Of a stretch of DNA of 64,000 nt, positions 9,201-18,400 are shown piece after piece. This stretch comes from an uncultured virus (IMG/VR IMGVR_UViG_3300027917_000001) (lineage: Duplodnaviria; Heunggongvirae; Uroviricota; Caudoviricetes). The position numbers and the translations under genes are program-made. Each line of letters opens with the position of its first letter. Within the stretch, counting starts at the first letter, position 1. The DNA lies in the IMG/VR virus record IMGVR_UViG_3300027917_000001, one strand, 5' to 3'. The notes below the pieces were generated by a model. The model did not search any database, was not told the origin of the DNA, and saw only the letters and a program-made list of their open reading frames with translations.

Positions 9201-11485
9201 AGATGCTGGCGATCAAGATGATCCTGAATCAGGACACGCGACGACTTCAGGAAGTCTATCGTGACATCGCCATGACTGGTGAGTTTGGACGCGAAGCATT
9301 CACCGCCGAAGGTCAGAGCCAGATCAACGCTCTCATGACAGAGGCTGCCGCCATCGAACAGCGCATGGTCAATCTGACCGGCAAGTTCATGAAACAGCGG
9401 AGCGAGACCGGTCGTGCCCTCAACCAGCTCAAGATGTACGTTACTTCTGCCGATCTTGATATGAGCGATCCGGCGCCATGGATGACGTTGGCCAAGCGCA
9501 TGCTGCGTGACCGTCCACTGACACCAGACGTGCGTGAGAACATCATCAAACTACTTGGTGAGGGTGACAAGGACAAACTGGCACTGTTCATCGCCAACCT
9601 GTACGAGGCGTCACCGATCGAGAAGGTCATCGCCTTGTGGAAAGCTGGTCTATTGACCGCGTTCCAGACGCATGCCGCCAACCTCATCGGCAACACGACC
9701 ATGTTGACGCTTGAGATCCTGAAGGACGTACCGGCCTATGCAGTCGATCGCGTCTTGAGTGAGATCGGGACCATGGCCGGTCGCCAGACCAAGGCTCTAT
9801 CACCAGCGGCACAACTGACCGGTACACTCAAGGGCGCACGTCAGGGTCTCAAAGAGGCGTGGCAGGTCCTGAAGAAGGGTGATACGGCAGAGGCGATGCG
9901 CCGATGGGACGTGCACGAGATCGACTATGGCAATGCCTTCCTTAACTGGTATGTCAATGGAACCTTCAGGCTCCTGACTGCCGGTGACAGGATCTTCAGG
10001 AACGCCGCGCTTCAGCGCTCGCTGGTCGAGCGTGCCACCGTCTTGGCTCGTAACGAGGCGAGAATCAAGATCCGTGCTGGTGACATGGAGCAGGCTGGCT
10101 CCGAGAAGTGGATTGCCGATCGCATCAAGAAGATCTTGGATGCGCCACCTGACCACGTGACGTTCGGTGCTATAGCAGACTCCGAGTATGCCATCTTCAT
10201 GGACCGTAGCGTACTGGCCCGTGCTGGCCAGCAGTTGCGTCGTGGCTTCAAGGGTGATCCACTCACCGAGATCGGCGCCGAGACGATCATGCCGTTCGTA
10301 TTCACGCCTGCGAACATCGCACAGCGTACGATCGACTACTCGCCACTCAGACTTGGCGTAGAGATACCGCACGCCATCAAGATTATGACACGTGCCGCAC
10401 GGGGCGCGAACATACCTGAACAAGAGCAGCGTGCTGTGGCCGAATACCTTGGCCGTGCGATCGTTGGGTCTGCTCCGATCGGTATAGGTGCGTGGCTTGG
10501 ATACAAAGGACTGGCCACGGCTGACTACCCACGCGACCAAAGCGAACGTGATCGCTGGGCGCTCTATAACATTCAAGAATGGAGCATTTCACTTGACGAT
10601 CGCCAGAGCTGGCGCAGTTTGGGTAGAATCTCGCCTGTCGGAAACCTGATCGGCATCGGAGCCAAGTTCGGACAGGAGTATGCCTCTGACCATCCGGTCG
10701 AGGAGCAGGCGTTACAGTCCGTAGCTACGATTGCTCGATCGGTCGTTGAGCAGTCGTTCCTGCTGGGTATATCTGGCGCGATGGAGCTGCTTAAAGGAGA
10801 ACCCGGAGCCGGTCGTCGTTTCGTCAATACATACATGTCGTCTGTCGTACCCTCGATCGTTCGTCGTGTTGCCATGGGAACAGACGACTACATGCGCGAT
10901 ATTCGTGGTATCGACCCGGGTGGCGCTATCAAGAAGTCTCTGCCTATCGTGTCGAGGGAACTACCTGCCAAGATGGACCCGTTCGGTGAGCCGATAGAAC
11001 GGGCCGGTGGACTCATCGCCAACATCTTCGATCCATTCACCAAGAAGGATTCTCGTATCGGCTCAGATCCGCTGATCACAGAAATGGCACGGGTGCGTGC
11101 CGTGATCGGTATGCCAAACAAGAGGAAGCACGAGAGCGACGAGGCATACTATCTGAGGCTACAGGAGGACGGACCCATTGTCCGTGCCGCACTTGAGGCG
11201 ACCATCGGCTCGATTGGGTACCAACAGGGTATACGCAGGGCGTCTGCAATCCTACAGATGGAGCAGCCAGAACTGTTTAAGGACGTGGACGAACTGGAGA
11301 TGATCTTGCAGTCTGCCGTGATCGAAGCAGTCGCCGGTCTCGTGAGGCAGCGCATCTCAATGGCGCGTGGTGGGGTAGATATCCCCAACCTGTTACGTGG
11401 CCTTGATATCACTGATATCATGCGACAAGAGGCAGCGGAAGAAGTAATCGAGAGACAGAACGCACTCAGAACACAAGGTCAATAA
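6245..11485 (+). CDS. Large internal virion / DNA ejection protein
   Basis: 1746 aa Ala/Arg/Glu-rich helical protein, last and largest of the cluster; C-terminal 'LPAKMDPFGEPI' type motif. Confidence 0.6.
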   Translation: MASRDPQQGNGLLDLLTEDEKQGRPPQQTAVRGGLQGLSTEGVEGPAGLRKIWQEIKAAVGTREGLEELSVRALQGFHETAAKIGSQVKWGAANSPIAWLLRADPDIDKEDVRRWIDKAGEGVERVAGAAARATIIGGQVAAGQHAAAAETIAEEGPRMFARLPSVEEVETATRKIEEAGEHVPTETQRMLAGDIAPIAVAGGITAQLGATIPSFGRLIKLSKGESLARIAGRLAVRGGVTGAAFGQVEEPGNVKRSLLDAALFATLDPMFGAGGRAIGRPLARAAGRAGIEVRGRLLSEVLSRGKTQPEAEFARRVATGQSLRDRVTERMARGQMVPEDEARVFIAGPEGTRIADRPRTMAENVDRIVELRRRISEGAPDDLDWETMQAMDAMQDVILEPVEGGPLSVTLGRRVQVERIDRSGQTVDPLLEAAESYERDVVNILAELRAREGMLAREMMTPDERKSILKLLEDTAVDVYQRGNKGHEEYAEVLELAHRLGFSDAEIALMTEVRAGAPTAARTSEKALITKNTRKSERPYRVTFFDDRNMPSGHMDAESPAEALAFAERYGFKLDNPDAPNPLNQSLSIDKGSEGWANARIEQAIDDVAGWDVYLKDLPPGEMPNWAAEIDRVNAIRADVQNPHPDSPFSKVPMSPEEFERRVAERAAHFERTTDIPNPDEIIDDLIGRAREADFIGEIPEEAFIDLEAPPSRRPLTMTEAEERAISRSGLTEHEEQIVARSDDEMVRALQQGDMGRGAAAARRKLDVQRRAERIAQERLEGVTIEYHGEGEPTAAGEAIHNYTVSTPTGTVDAVVTEKLGGRILDVAVTRESTGAMIADFEEPGLKAFIAHLAERFPDADAFGTVRPKPGSVNAAIEAGTSTIDEFVVDGYLPDFRGWAGTGGPVNIINIPEVRAAAEQHIGSLARFGLDYGGENLLARTVVDITKALGPAKKMTWSEARKVAASLGINPSLLERKRATSLTRNEMLAIKMILNQDTRRLQEVYRDIAMTGEFGREAFTAEGQSQINALMTEAAAIEQRMVNLTGKFMKQRSETGRALNQLKMYVTSADLDMSDPAPWMTLAKRMLRDRPLTPDVRENIIKLLGEGDKDKLALFIANLYEASPIEKVIALWKAGLLTAFQTHAANLIGNTTMLTLEILKDVPAYAVDRVLSEIGTMAGRQTKALSPAAQLTGTLKGARQGLKEAWQVLKKGDTAEAMRRWDVHEIDYGNAFLNWYVNGTFRLLTAGDRIFRNAALQRSLVERATVLARNEARIKIRAGDMEQAGSEKWIADRIKKILDAPPDHVTFGAIADSEYAIFMDRSVLARAGQQLRRGFKGDPLTEIGAETIMPFVFTPANIAQRTIDYSPLRLGVEIPHAIKIMTRAARGANIPEQEQRAVAEYLGRAIVGSAPIGIGAWLGYKGLATADYPRDQSERDRWALYNIQEWSISLDDRQSWRSLGRISPVGNLIGIGAKFGQEYASDHPVEEQALQSVATIARSVVEQSFLLGISGAMELLKGEPGAGRRFVNTYMSSVVPSIVRRVAMGTDDYMRDIRGIDPGGAIKKSLPIVSRELPAKMDPFGEPIERAGGLIANIFDPFTKKDSRIGSDPLITEMARVRAVIGMPNKRKHESDEAYYLRLQEDGPIVRAALEATIGSIGYQQGIRRASAILQMEQPELFKDVDELEMILQSAVIEAVAGLVRQRISMARGGVDIPNLLRGLDITDIMRQEAAEEVIERQNALRTQGQ

Positions 11486-11487
11486 TC

Positions 11488-11871
11488 ATGCAAGTCAAAG
11501 CCATGTTGGCCAGCGTTGGCCAGTGGTTTGATATGGCTAGCCATATCACTAGCTGGAAGAAAGCGATCAAGGATCTGCCGACTACAAACTGGCTGACCTT
11601 CACGGGTACAGGCGTTGGTATCGGTACGGCTATAGTCTTCGGCTTGAACCATGTGGTCAAGTGGATACTTTCATTCAAGTTTGGCCACATACAGGGATGG
11701 AAGCCGCCTCAGATGATCGAGCTGGACATCTGGATTGCGTGGCTTGCTTTCGTAGCGAGCTGGATGGGGTTCAGTGTGCGCCAGTTCAAACACAAGCGCG
11801 AAACGCAGTTCAACGAGACGACTGGTGATTCGATACGACACGCTCAGGCTCGTAATGGAGGTGCCAAATGA
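11488..11871 (+). CDS. Holin-like membrane protein
   Basis: Two hydrophobic segments, basic tail, immediately upstream of the endolysin. Confidence 0.45.
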   Translation: MQVKAMLASVGQWFDMASHITSWKKAIKDLPTTNWLTFTGTGVGIGTAIVFGLNHVVKWILSFKFGHIQGWKPPQMIELDIWIAWLAFVASWMGFSVRQFKHKRETQFNETTGDSIRHAQARNGGAK

Positions 11872-12485
11872 GCAACGGATTCCTGTGGGCATTCAACTGG
11901 ATACTCAGCGTAGAGTGTCCCAAGTCCGGTAGCTGCTTTAGCGACCATCCAACCGATCCGGGTGGTGCAACTAACTGGGGTATCACGCACACAGAATGGG
12001 AAAAGTACTTGGTGCGTAACTCGTTGCCACCCAAAGATATACGAAGTGTAACTCACGAGGATGCTGCTGACTTCTACCGTGAGATCTGGGAAGGTGACAT
12101 CGTGAGTCAGGTTCACGACGTTGCAGGTTCCAGAATGGCGCTTATAGTATTCGATGCGATAGTAAACACGGGTCCGAACACTGCTGTTATCTGCCTACAA
12201 CGGACTATCGAGACACTGGTTGACCGTCATCAATGGAACAACTGTACAGACCTCACGGCTATCGACGGCAAATTCGGACCCAATACGAGACAGGTACTCT
12301 TCGAGTGGTGTCAGACCTTCGCCGTCCCATTGATCGAGGAACAGTTCCTATGGGAACGCATCGAACACTACCGCAAGATAGCAAAGTCGTGGACCGCTGC
12401 TGGTAAGATCAGGGCCGCTGCAACGTGGCTACCTGTGTGGGTGAACCGGATGTTCAGATTACACGAGGTGATTTCCAATGATTAA
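11868..12485 (+). CDS. Endolysin, glycoside hydrolase family 108
   Basis: 'SDHPTDPGGATNWGIT', 'FYREIW', 'VFDAIVNTG', 'IDGKFGPNT', 'WVNR' motifs. Confidence 0.9.
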   Translation: MSNGFLWAFNWILSVECPKSGSCFSDHPTDPGGATNWGITHTEWEKYLVRNSLPPKDIRSVTHEDAADFYREIWEGDIVSQVHDVAGSRMALIVFDAIVNTGPNTAVICLQRTIETLVDRHQWNNCTDLTAIDGKFGPNTRQVLFEWCQTFAVPLIEEQFLWERIEHYRKIAKSWTAAGKIRAAATWLPVWVNRMFRLHEVISND

Positions 12486-13212
12486 TCTCAAAGGCTTCGT
12501 CGCCCCCGCCATCGCCGTGGCCCTTGCGTTTTTCTGCGTTTCTTTGTATATTAGTAACCGATCTCTGAATCGCAATTTGGATTCCGCGATTATCCAGAGA
12601 GACTCAGCTTACATTGAAGCGGGGATTGCGCAACGTGAAGTCGAAGGATGGACAGGCCGGTTCGGAATGCCAGCAGACGAGGCGTTCCTTGAACGCAATA
12701 GTGACAAGGAGCTGGTGGCCGCGCTCCGTCGTGAGAATCGAAGACTCACCCAGCGACTCGACGCTAGAGTCACTGTCGTGGATACGGTCACGGTTCGGGC
12801 TGATACTGTTTTCGTTGACACCACGGGCGCTCAGATCCTTCACTTTGCAGAGCGAGATACCACTGGATTCTCCTTCGAGGCGTGGGTCAATGCTCGTCTG
12901 GCTGATCTCCGTCTTGAGTGGCAGCTTGACTTGGAGCTGAGTGTACGTATAGCAGAGAACAAGGCAGGAAGACCCGATGTCTTCATCGAAGCGCCGAAAC
13001 TTGCCGACAATACGACTATTACTATTGGGGCTTATGATTACGTTGCTCATAAGCGCAGCCTATGGTCAAGGATTAGTGTTGGTCCTATGGGGTTTGCCGG
13101 AAGCAACGGCGCAAGCGTGGGGGTTGTTGGATGTATAGAGCCAGTATGCGGCTACTGGTCACCACTTGGCAACGACATCGGTGTAGGGTACTTGTGGCGT
13201 CCATTCAAGTAA
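12478..13212 (+). CDS. Spanin-like lysis accessory protein
   Basis: N-terminal TM, coiled coil, 'DTVTVRADTVFVDT', C-terminal beta-hairpins ending in aromatic residues; follows the endolysin. Confidence 0.5.
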   Translation: MINLKGFVAPAIAVALAFFCVSLYISNRSLNRNLDSAIIQRDSAYIEAGIAQREVEGWTGRFGMPADEAFLERNSDKELVAALRRENRRLTQRLDARVTVVDTVTVRADTVFVDTTGAQILHFAERDTTGFSFEAWVNARLADLRLEWQLDLELSVRIAENKAGRPDVFIEAPKLADNTTITIGAYDYVAHKRSLWSRISVGPMGFAGSNGASVGVVGCIEPVCGYWSPLGNDIGVGYLWRPFK

Positions 13213-13221
13213 GGGGGAACA

Positions 13222-14586
13222 TTGAAGTATGACTACTATGCGATCCAGCACATGCGCGAGGTGGAGAACCTCCCATGGCTGGAGATCGCTAGGCGGGTAG
13301 GTGCGCCACTGGACAATGGCGCTTCCACATTGCGCGGCAACTACTACAAGTGGAGAAAGCAGAAGAGTCATGGTGTAGAAGGGTTCGACTTTGACCTGCT
13401 GTCCGACGACACCATCCTCAAGAGCGGCTTCAGCGAGCACCGCATCACGTCGCTCGATCAACTGTTCGACTTCTTCGAGATCCCATACCGCTGGATCGAC
13501 GGTAAGCACGGTGAGCGCATACCAGTCAGTGACGACTACGATGTGGTCTCGTTCCGTGTCAACTCATGGGAGCAACACAGCGTCAAGAAGGGCATCACAA
13601 CGTTGTATCAGGTACGCGCAACGCTGCAACCCAAGGCTGTGCTCGACTCCATTGCTGCCATCGACGCCATGTTCGATGAGTTCACAAAGCTGCACGAGAC
13701 ATGTGGACCCGACACCAGTGTCTTACCACGCCCGATACTCAGGAGTGCGGACAGACCACAGATGATGGAGATGTTTCTAGTTGACCCGCACCTTGGCATG
13801 CTGGCATGGGCACCGGAGGTCGGACTTAACTATGACATCGAGATTGGGATACGGGACTACAAAGATGCGTTCGTTGAGCTGCTTGGCTGGTCCCAGATGT
13901 ACAACGTTGAGGAGATTCTGGTACACATCGGTCACGACCTGTTCCATGTTGACGCCCCGGGCTTCGATGCTCGTGGCGGTACACGTGGTGGCGCCACAAC
14001 CAAGGGCACAATGCAGGATCTCGATACGCGGCTTGCACGCATGTTTGTAAAGGTCGAGAAGCTGATCATCGAGTGCATTGAGGAGTGCGCGGCACGGTTC
14101 CCAAAAGTGACAGTGCAGATGGTCCCGGGTAATCATGACCGACACACCGTCTTCAAGTTGGGCCGAGTGATCAGCGCTTGGTTCCGCAATATCCCACACG
14201 TAGAGGTCCGCAACTCACCGAGTGTACGCACGTACTACGGGTATGGTAGCAACGTCTTCATGTTCACGCATGGTGAAGAGTTCTATCGCAACCGTGACAA
14301 CATGGCCACGATCTTTGCTACCGAGTGCCCACCAGAGCTGTGGGTCCGTGGCAAGGTGAGAGAGATACACGTCGGGCACAACCACATCAACAAGCAGAAG
14401 GTCTGGGACGGCAGGTTCACGGAGGAAGTCTGGGAGGGACGTGCGATCCGGGTCCGATCGTTGCCGGGGCTCACGCCGGAAGACTCGTGGCATTTCGAGT
14501 CAGGCTACAAGCACCAGCGTAGAGGTACGGTCATGTTCTGGGATCGCAGTGGAGGAATGGCAGGGTACCACGAGGTGACGCTATGA
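13222..14586 (+). CDS. Calcineurin-like metallophosphoesterase with N-terminal HTH-like segment
   Basis: D-x-H (VDPHLG), GHDLFH, GNHD, THG and GHNH motifs; AAGGGGG RBS before TTG. Confidence 0.85.
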   Translation: MKYDYYAIQHMREVENLPWLEIARRVGAPLDNGASTLRGNYYKWRKQKSHGVEGFDFDLLSDDTILKSGFSEHRITSLDQLFDFFEIPYRWIDGKHGERIPVSDDYDVVSFRVNSWEQHSVKKGITTLYQVRATLQPKAVLDSIAAIDAMFDEFTKLHETCGPDTSVLPRPILRSADRPQMMEMFLVDPHLGMLAWAPEVGLNYDIEIGIRDYKDAFVELLGWSQMYNVEEILVHIGHDLFHVDAPGFDARGGTRGGATTKGTMQDLDTRLARMFVKVEKLIIECIEECAARFPKVTVQMVPGNHDRHTVFKLGRVISAWFRNIPHVEVRNSPSVRTYYGYGSNVFMFTHGEEFYRNRDNMATIFATECPPELWVRGKVREIHVGHNHINKQKVWDGRFTEEVWEGRAIRVRSLPGLTPEDSWHFESGYKHQRRGTVMFWDRSGGMAGYHEVTL

Positions 14587-14966
14587 CATTCTATGTCTTA
14601 TGGGCAGTACTGCTCTTGCTGCAAAACGCGTCGTTCACCATGGTTAGTCGTGCACGTAACAGTGGTAGCGACTGGTACCATGCGTTCGCAGCCGTTGGTT
14701 CCAACGGCATCTGGTTGGTTGCAACATTCTTCACCTTCGACAAGGTTTTCTTTGCCGCCGTCAACGACGGACTGTCGCTTGAGGTTCTTGGTGCCAGTCT
14801 CTTGTACGTCGTATGCACTGTGACAGGTTCCGTGTTCATGGGCAAGTTCCTACGCCGGTATGTCGAGCGTGGCAACAGACAGGTCGGTCACTACGACGCC
14901 AAGGAAGAGCGGATCAAAGCGCTCGAAGAGCAACTGGGCCTTGTCATGGAGAAACTGGAAGCCTAG
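14583..14966 (+). CDS. Small multi-pass membrane protein
   Basis: Three hydrophobic helices; ATGA coupling. Confidence 0.6.
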   Translation: MTFYVLWAVLLLLQNASFTMVSRARNSGSDWYHAFAAVGSNGIWLVATFFTFDKVFFAAVNDGLSLEVLGASLLYVVCTVTGSVFMGKFLRRYVERGNRQVGHYDAKEERIKALEEQLGLVMEKLEA

Positions 14967-14968
14967 TC

Positions 14969-15151
14969 ATGAAGTGCGGTAACTGCTACTCCGATATGGT
15001 ATACGAGGAAGACACGTACGGCTCCTACTACATGTGCCACAACTGTGGCGACTGCGAAGTGATTGATTTCTGGGACGAGTTTCCAGAGTACGAAGGGAGT
15101 GACGAGGAGTGGCTTGCGGAGATGGATGGTAGGGAATGGTCGGATTACTGA
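14969..15151 (+). CDS. Small acidic zinc-ribbon protein
   Basis: MKCGNC...CHNCG; start reassigned to ATG 14969. Confidence 0.5.
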   Translation: MKCGNCYSDMVYEEDTYGSYYMCHNCGDCEVIDFWDEFPEYEGSDEEWLAEMDGREWSDY

Positions 15152-15633
15152 GATACACAAGGGACACAATACTACCGGCCTTTGCTGGACTGGTGATACT
15201 ACTTGCTATCGCTTTCTTTACGCCAGAGCAGTCACAAGACTGCCCGACTAGCGGGTGGGTATTCGGCTACGTTGCAGAAGACGACACTGTTCCTACGGTC
15301 GTTGGTATCAACAAGTGGTCAGTATGGCGCGATAAGGAATTGATCATCCTTGAGCCATTACTGAAACTGAAGCTGGACCTGTCGGAATACGAGACGCATA
15401 TTACAGTACAACTGTCACGCTACGTGCAGATCTGCGACGAGCACGGAAAGTGTTTCGAACCATACTGGAGACCACTCGATCCGCTCGTACTGCACGCCTC
15501 CCCACTCAGATGTGAGTACGAACGTGAAGGTGACAGCGGTGCGAAAGTCTTCTTCCGTGCATATAGGGACGTAAAGGATGGTGTCACGCACAAGACTGGT
15601 GCGTGGCGTAGACCCAGCAACAACACTAACTAG
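15136..15633 (+). CDS. Membrane-anchored hypothetical protein
   Basis: N-terminal TM segment, 165 aa. Confidence 0.5.
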   Translation: MVGLLRYTRDTILPAFAGLVILLAIAFFTPEQSQDCPTSGWVFGYVAEDDTVPTVVGINKWSVWRDKELIILEPLLKLKLDLSEYETHITVQLSRYVQICDEHGKCFEPYWRPLDPLVLHASPLRCEYEREGDSGAKVFFRAYRDVKDGVTHKTGAWRRPSNNTN

Positions 15634-15644
15634 GAGAGCATTTC

Positions 15645-15962
15645 ATGAGGAAAAGTTTGCTAGGCACAGCGATTGGGTTGTTGGCGCTTCTGTCGTTCGC
15701 CTGTACGGACAAGCCAGCGGTGACCGAGATCCCAGACGGTGTACTTGACGCACAGTTCGTCTGCACTTACGTCAGCTCCTACTACATCAATGGGTGGGAG
15801 ATGTACAGTACGTATCAGTGCAGTAGCAACGGTGCTGCTGAAGCATACGCTGATGGTATAGAATCCAGTAGCTTCGACAAGGACGGGGTGTACCACACCG
15901 AGTGCGAGACCTACAACAATGTGGTGCGGTGCTTCAACTTGGACTATCCCGACGAGAACTAA
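15645..15962 (+). CDS. Lipoprotein
   Basis: Signal peptide with lipobox 'LLSFA-C'; AGGAG RBS. Confidence 0.65.
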   Translation: MRKSLLGTAIGLLALLSFACTDKPAVTEIPDGVLDAQFVCTYVSSYYINGWEMYSTYQCSSNGAAEAYADGIESSSFDKDGVYHTECETYNNVVRCFNLDYPDEN

Positions 15963-16381
15963 TGGACAAATCACAGCAGGGTAAGAGGAACAGGAGATAC
16001 GGCCACGACGCAGAGCGTGAATGGGCGCGTGAGTTGAACGACTGTGGTTGCTGGGCTGAACGCGTAACGTCTGAGTCAAAGCACGGGAACCTTGGCGACG
16101 TCGTACACAATCTGACGTCCGACTTCAAGGTCAAGTATCAACTGAAATCTGGGAAGTCGCCTTCGATCTGGAAGGCTATGGAAGAGGCGATCCAGTCCAC
16201 TGCGCTCTCTGAGTACTATCCTGCTGCGTTACTGAATAGGACCAACGGACCCGGGAAACCACGTGACCGCTACGTGGTGGCCCGGGCCGAAGACTGGCTA
16301 TCGCTCGTGCGGATAGTCACCGATCTCCTCCTCAAGATCGAGCGACTGGAGAACGGGGTCGTCGGGGATGGAGATGGGTAG
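15962..16381 (+). CDS. Hjc-like Holliday junction resolvase (PD-(D/E)XK)
   Basis: 'GKRNRRYGHDAERE...GDV...YQLK' pattern; start reassigned to ATG 15962. Confidence 0.65.
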   Translation: MDKSQQGKRNRRYGHDAEREWARELNDCGCWAERVTSESKHGNLGDVVHNLTSDFKVKYQLKSGKSPSIWKAMEEAIQSTALSEYYPAALLNRTNGPGKPRDRYVVARAEDWLSLVRIVTDLLLKIERLENGVVGDGDG

Positions 16382-17803
16382 CGTACGACGCTTTGTCTCT
16401 ACCACGGCGCCTGCCTTGGTATTGAACGGGAAGAACAGCACGCCACCTTCACCGCCTGCCCTTCGCTTACCCACCTTGATATAGAAGTGTTCGTCATCTA
16501 GCTTGCGCTCATCTTCCGGCACGGAATTGAATGTGCGTGCCGTGGTCAGTAGCACCGGCCTACCCTTGCCGTCTATCTCTGTCCTGCCAAGTCCGTTACG
16601 TCTGACCCACGGGCGGAACGGGAACAACACAACGTCCAGCTCGTTCCAGATCTCCGTCAGGCCACGGATGTCTGCCTCTGTTGGTGGCTTGGACAGGTCG
16701 CTGCCGATGTCTGGTTTGCGTGGCTGGTACGCAACGATCACTGCCACGCCTTTGTCTTTGGCGAAGTTTCTCAGGTCGATCGCCGTCTCTGCGATATGCT
16801 CAAGCTTGTTTGCGCGGTCGTACTTAAGCCTGTGGCCATGGTCGATAATGAAAACCTTTGTCCCCTCGCTGGTGTACATGCGCATGTTGGAGAGGAGCTG
16901 GTTTGGTGACAGCGTGGCACGCCAGTTGGCACGCCACTGGCTGTGTTTGTACATCTCATTGATCGCTTCGAGGTACGATTGCTGCTCGAACTCCGACAGC
17001 GGCATGCCACGTTCCAGCTTCCGGTAGTCTACGTCAAGCCCCAACTGCATGGCCTGAACCGTGGCGACACGACTAAAGAAGTCAGTGCCCATCTCGGTTG
17101 AAAACACAGCAGCGGGCACGTCGTTTTCAATCATTCGCTGGAACAGGTTGGCCAAGAGCGTACTCTTCCCCTGTCCGCTGTACGCACAGATCACGTACAT
17201 CTTGCCGGGGACTATGTTGCCGATCTCCTCTCTCAGCATACCAAACCCCGGATGGTACCCCTTCTCCTCAGACGCAGCGGATGACTCCAAGAACCTTCGT
17301 AGTACATTGCGGTTGTCGTAGTCAGCGTCAGTACCATACGATGCCGACACGATCTTACTGTGGAACTCCTCAAGTATCGCATCAAAGTCTTCTCTAGTGG
17401 CCCTGTCACCGTACTGTAGCATCTGGTACTGGAGCCATTCCGTAGCCGTCAACACCAGCCGCTGACGGTACGCTTCCTGCACTCGTCCAATCTGGAAGTC
17501 AATATCGTCGCTCAATGGTGCGACGGACATGACGTCAACGATCGTTTCGTGCCCACCGATGTCGTTGAGCAGATCACGCTCGTGCAGTATGCGCTCCAAC
17601 ACATCGCCAGTCATGGCGTAGTTGTGTCTGACGATCTCCTCGACAGCATTGAAGATCGTAGCCATGGCCGGATCTTGAAAGTGATCGCTTGACAGAGACC
17701 GGATCGCACGCTCAGCGACTTTCTTGTCGAAGAGCATGGACCCGATTACCTGCTGCTCAAGACTGACTGAAGCAATCTCGTGTGAGTGGCTTGCCTGTAT
17801 CAT
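16298..17803 (-). CDS. dnaB: DnaB-like replicative helicase
   Basis: DnaB N-domain 'EQQVIGSML', Walker A 'AYSGQGKST', 'FSTEM', 'FIIDH'; start at ATG 17803 with GAGG RBS. Confidence 0.9.
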   Translation of the reverse strand: MIQASHSHEIASVSLEQQVIGSMLFDKKVAERAIRSLSSDHFQDPAMATIFNAVEEIVRHNYAMTGDVLERILHERDLLNDIGGHETIVDVMSVAPLSDDIDFQIGRVQEAYRQRLVLTATEWLQYQMLQYGDRATREDFDAILEEFHSKIVSASYGTDADYDNRNVLRRFLESSAASEEKGYHPGFGMLREEIGNIVPGKMYVICAYSGQGKSTLLANLFQRMIENDVPAAVFSTEMGTDFFSRVATVQAMQLGLDVDYRKLERGMPLSEFEQQSYLEAINEMYKHSQWRANWRATLSPNQLLSNMRMYTSEGTKVFIIDHGHRLKYDRANKLEHIAETAIDLRNFAKDKGVAVIVAYQPRKPDIGSDLSKPPTEADIRGLTEIWNELDVVLFPFRPWVRRNGLGRTEIDGKGRPVLLTTARTFNSVPEDERKLDDEHFYIKVGKRRAGGEGGVLFFPFNTKAGAVVETKRRTLPISIPDDPVLQSLDLEEEIGDYPHER

Positions 17804-17957
17804 ATACCTCTGTTCCGTGTCGTCTGCACATACCGATATTGCGCTTGCCACCGTCTGTGCGCCTATGCAGGTAGAACGTGCAATCCTTGCACTTACGCTT
17901 CTCGAACGGCCTGCGTTCAAACGGTATACGTTCACCACCTAATGTCTTGAATGTCAA
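17757..17957 (-). CDS. Small Cys-rich protein
   Basis: CKDC...C...C; TTG start coupled to the upstream stop, purine-rich RBS. Confidence 0.4.
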   Translation of the reverse strand: MTFKTLGGERIPFERRPFEKRKCKDCTFYLHRRTDGGKRNIGMCRRHGTEVYDTGKPLTRDCFSQS

Positions 17958-18400
17958 AACCCAGTCGCCCCCTCTCCTTCCTCGAATGCCTGTACAAGTC
18001 GCATCACTCCGATTACATGCAAGCGGCGTACTACCTCTCGTGTCCACTCTAAGTTGTCGATAGCTATATCGTTCAGCTCCTTGTCAAGTGACCCACGTGT
18101 AGGTTGTAGCACACCGGCAGTTGCGAAGCACAGAGCTGCGTTCTTGATGTGGTGTACCACTGGGCTGGGTATATTGAGCTGTGTCTGGTCACGCAAGATC
18201 ACCAGCACCTCGTTCGCCAGCTTCCTTGTGGACGTGAACACGTTGTGTGACAGAGAGTTGGGCTCCTCGACATCCTGAAGCAAGGTCCTGATCAGGTGGG
18301 AGATCGCCTGCGTCTCACCCTTCTCGTCCACCTTCCAAGCGTCCTGCTCATTCATCTCGATCAGGACATCGCTGAACCTGCGATCTGACCAGACCCCCAT
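17954..18400 (-). CDS. Hypothetical protein
   Basis: Coupled ORF in the replication operon. Confidence 0.55.
   Translation of the reverse strand: MGVWSDRRFSDVLIEMNEQDAWKVDEKGETQAISHLIRTLLQDVEEPNSLSHNVFTSTRKLANEVLVILRDQTQLNIPSPVVHHIKNAALCFATAGVLQPTRGSLDKELNDIAIDNLEWTREVVRRLHVIGVMRLVQAFEEGEGATGF

Noticed and set aside
16298..16381. 84-bp convergent overlap of resolvase and helicase 3' ends
   Set aside because: Short tail-to-tail overlaps are common in compact phage genomes
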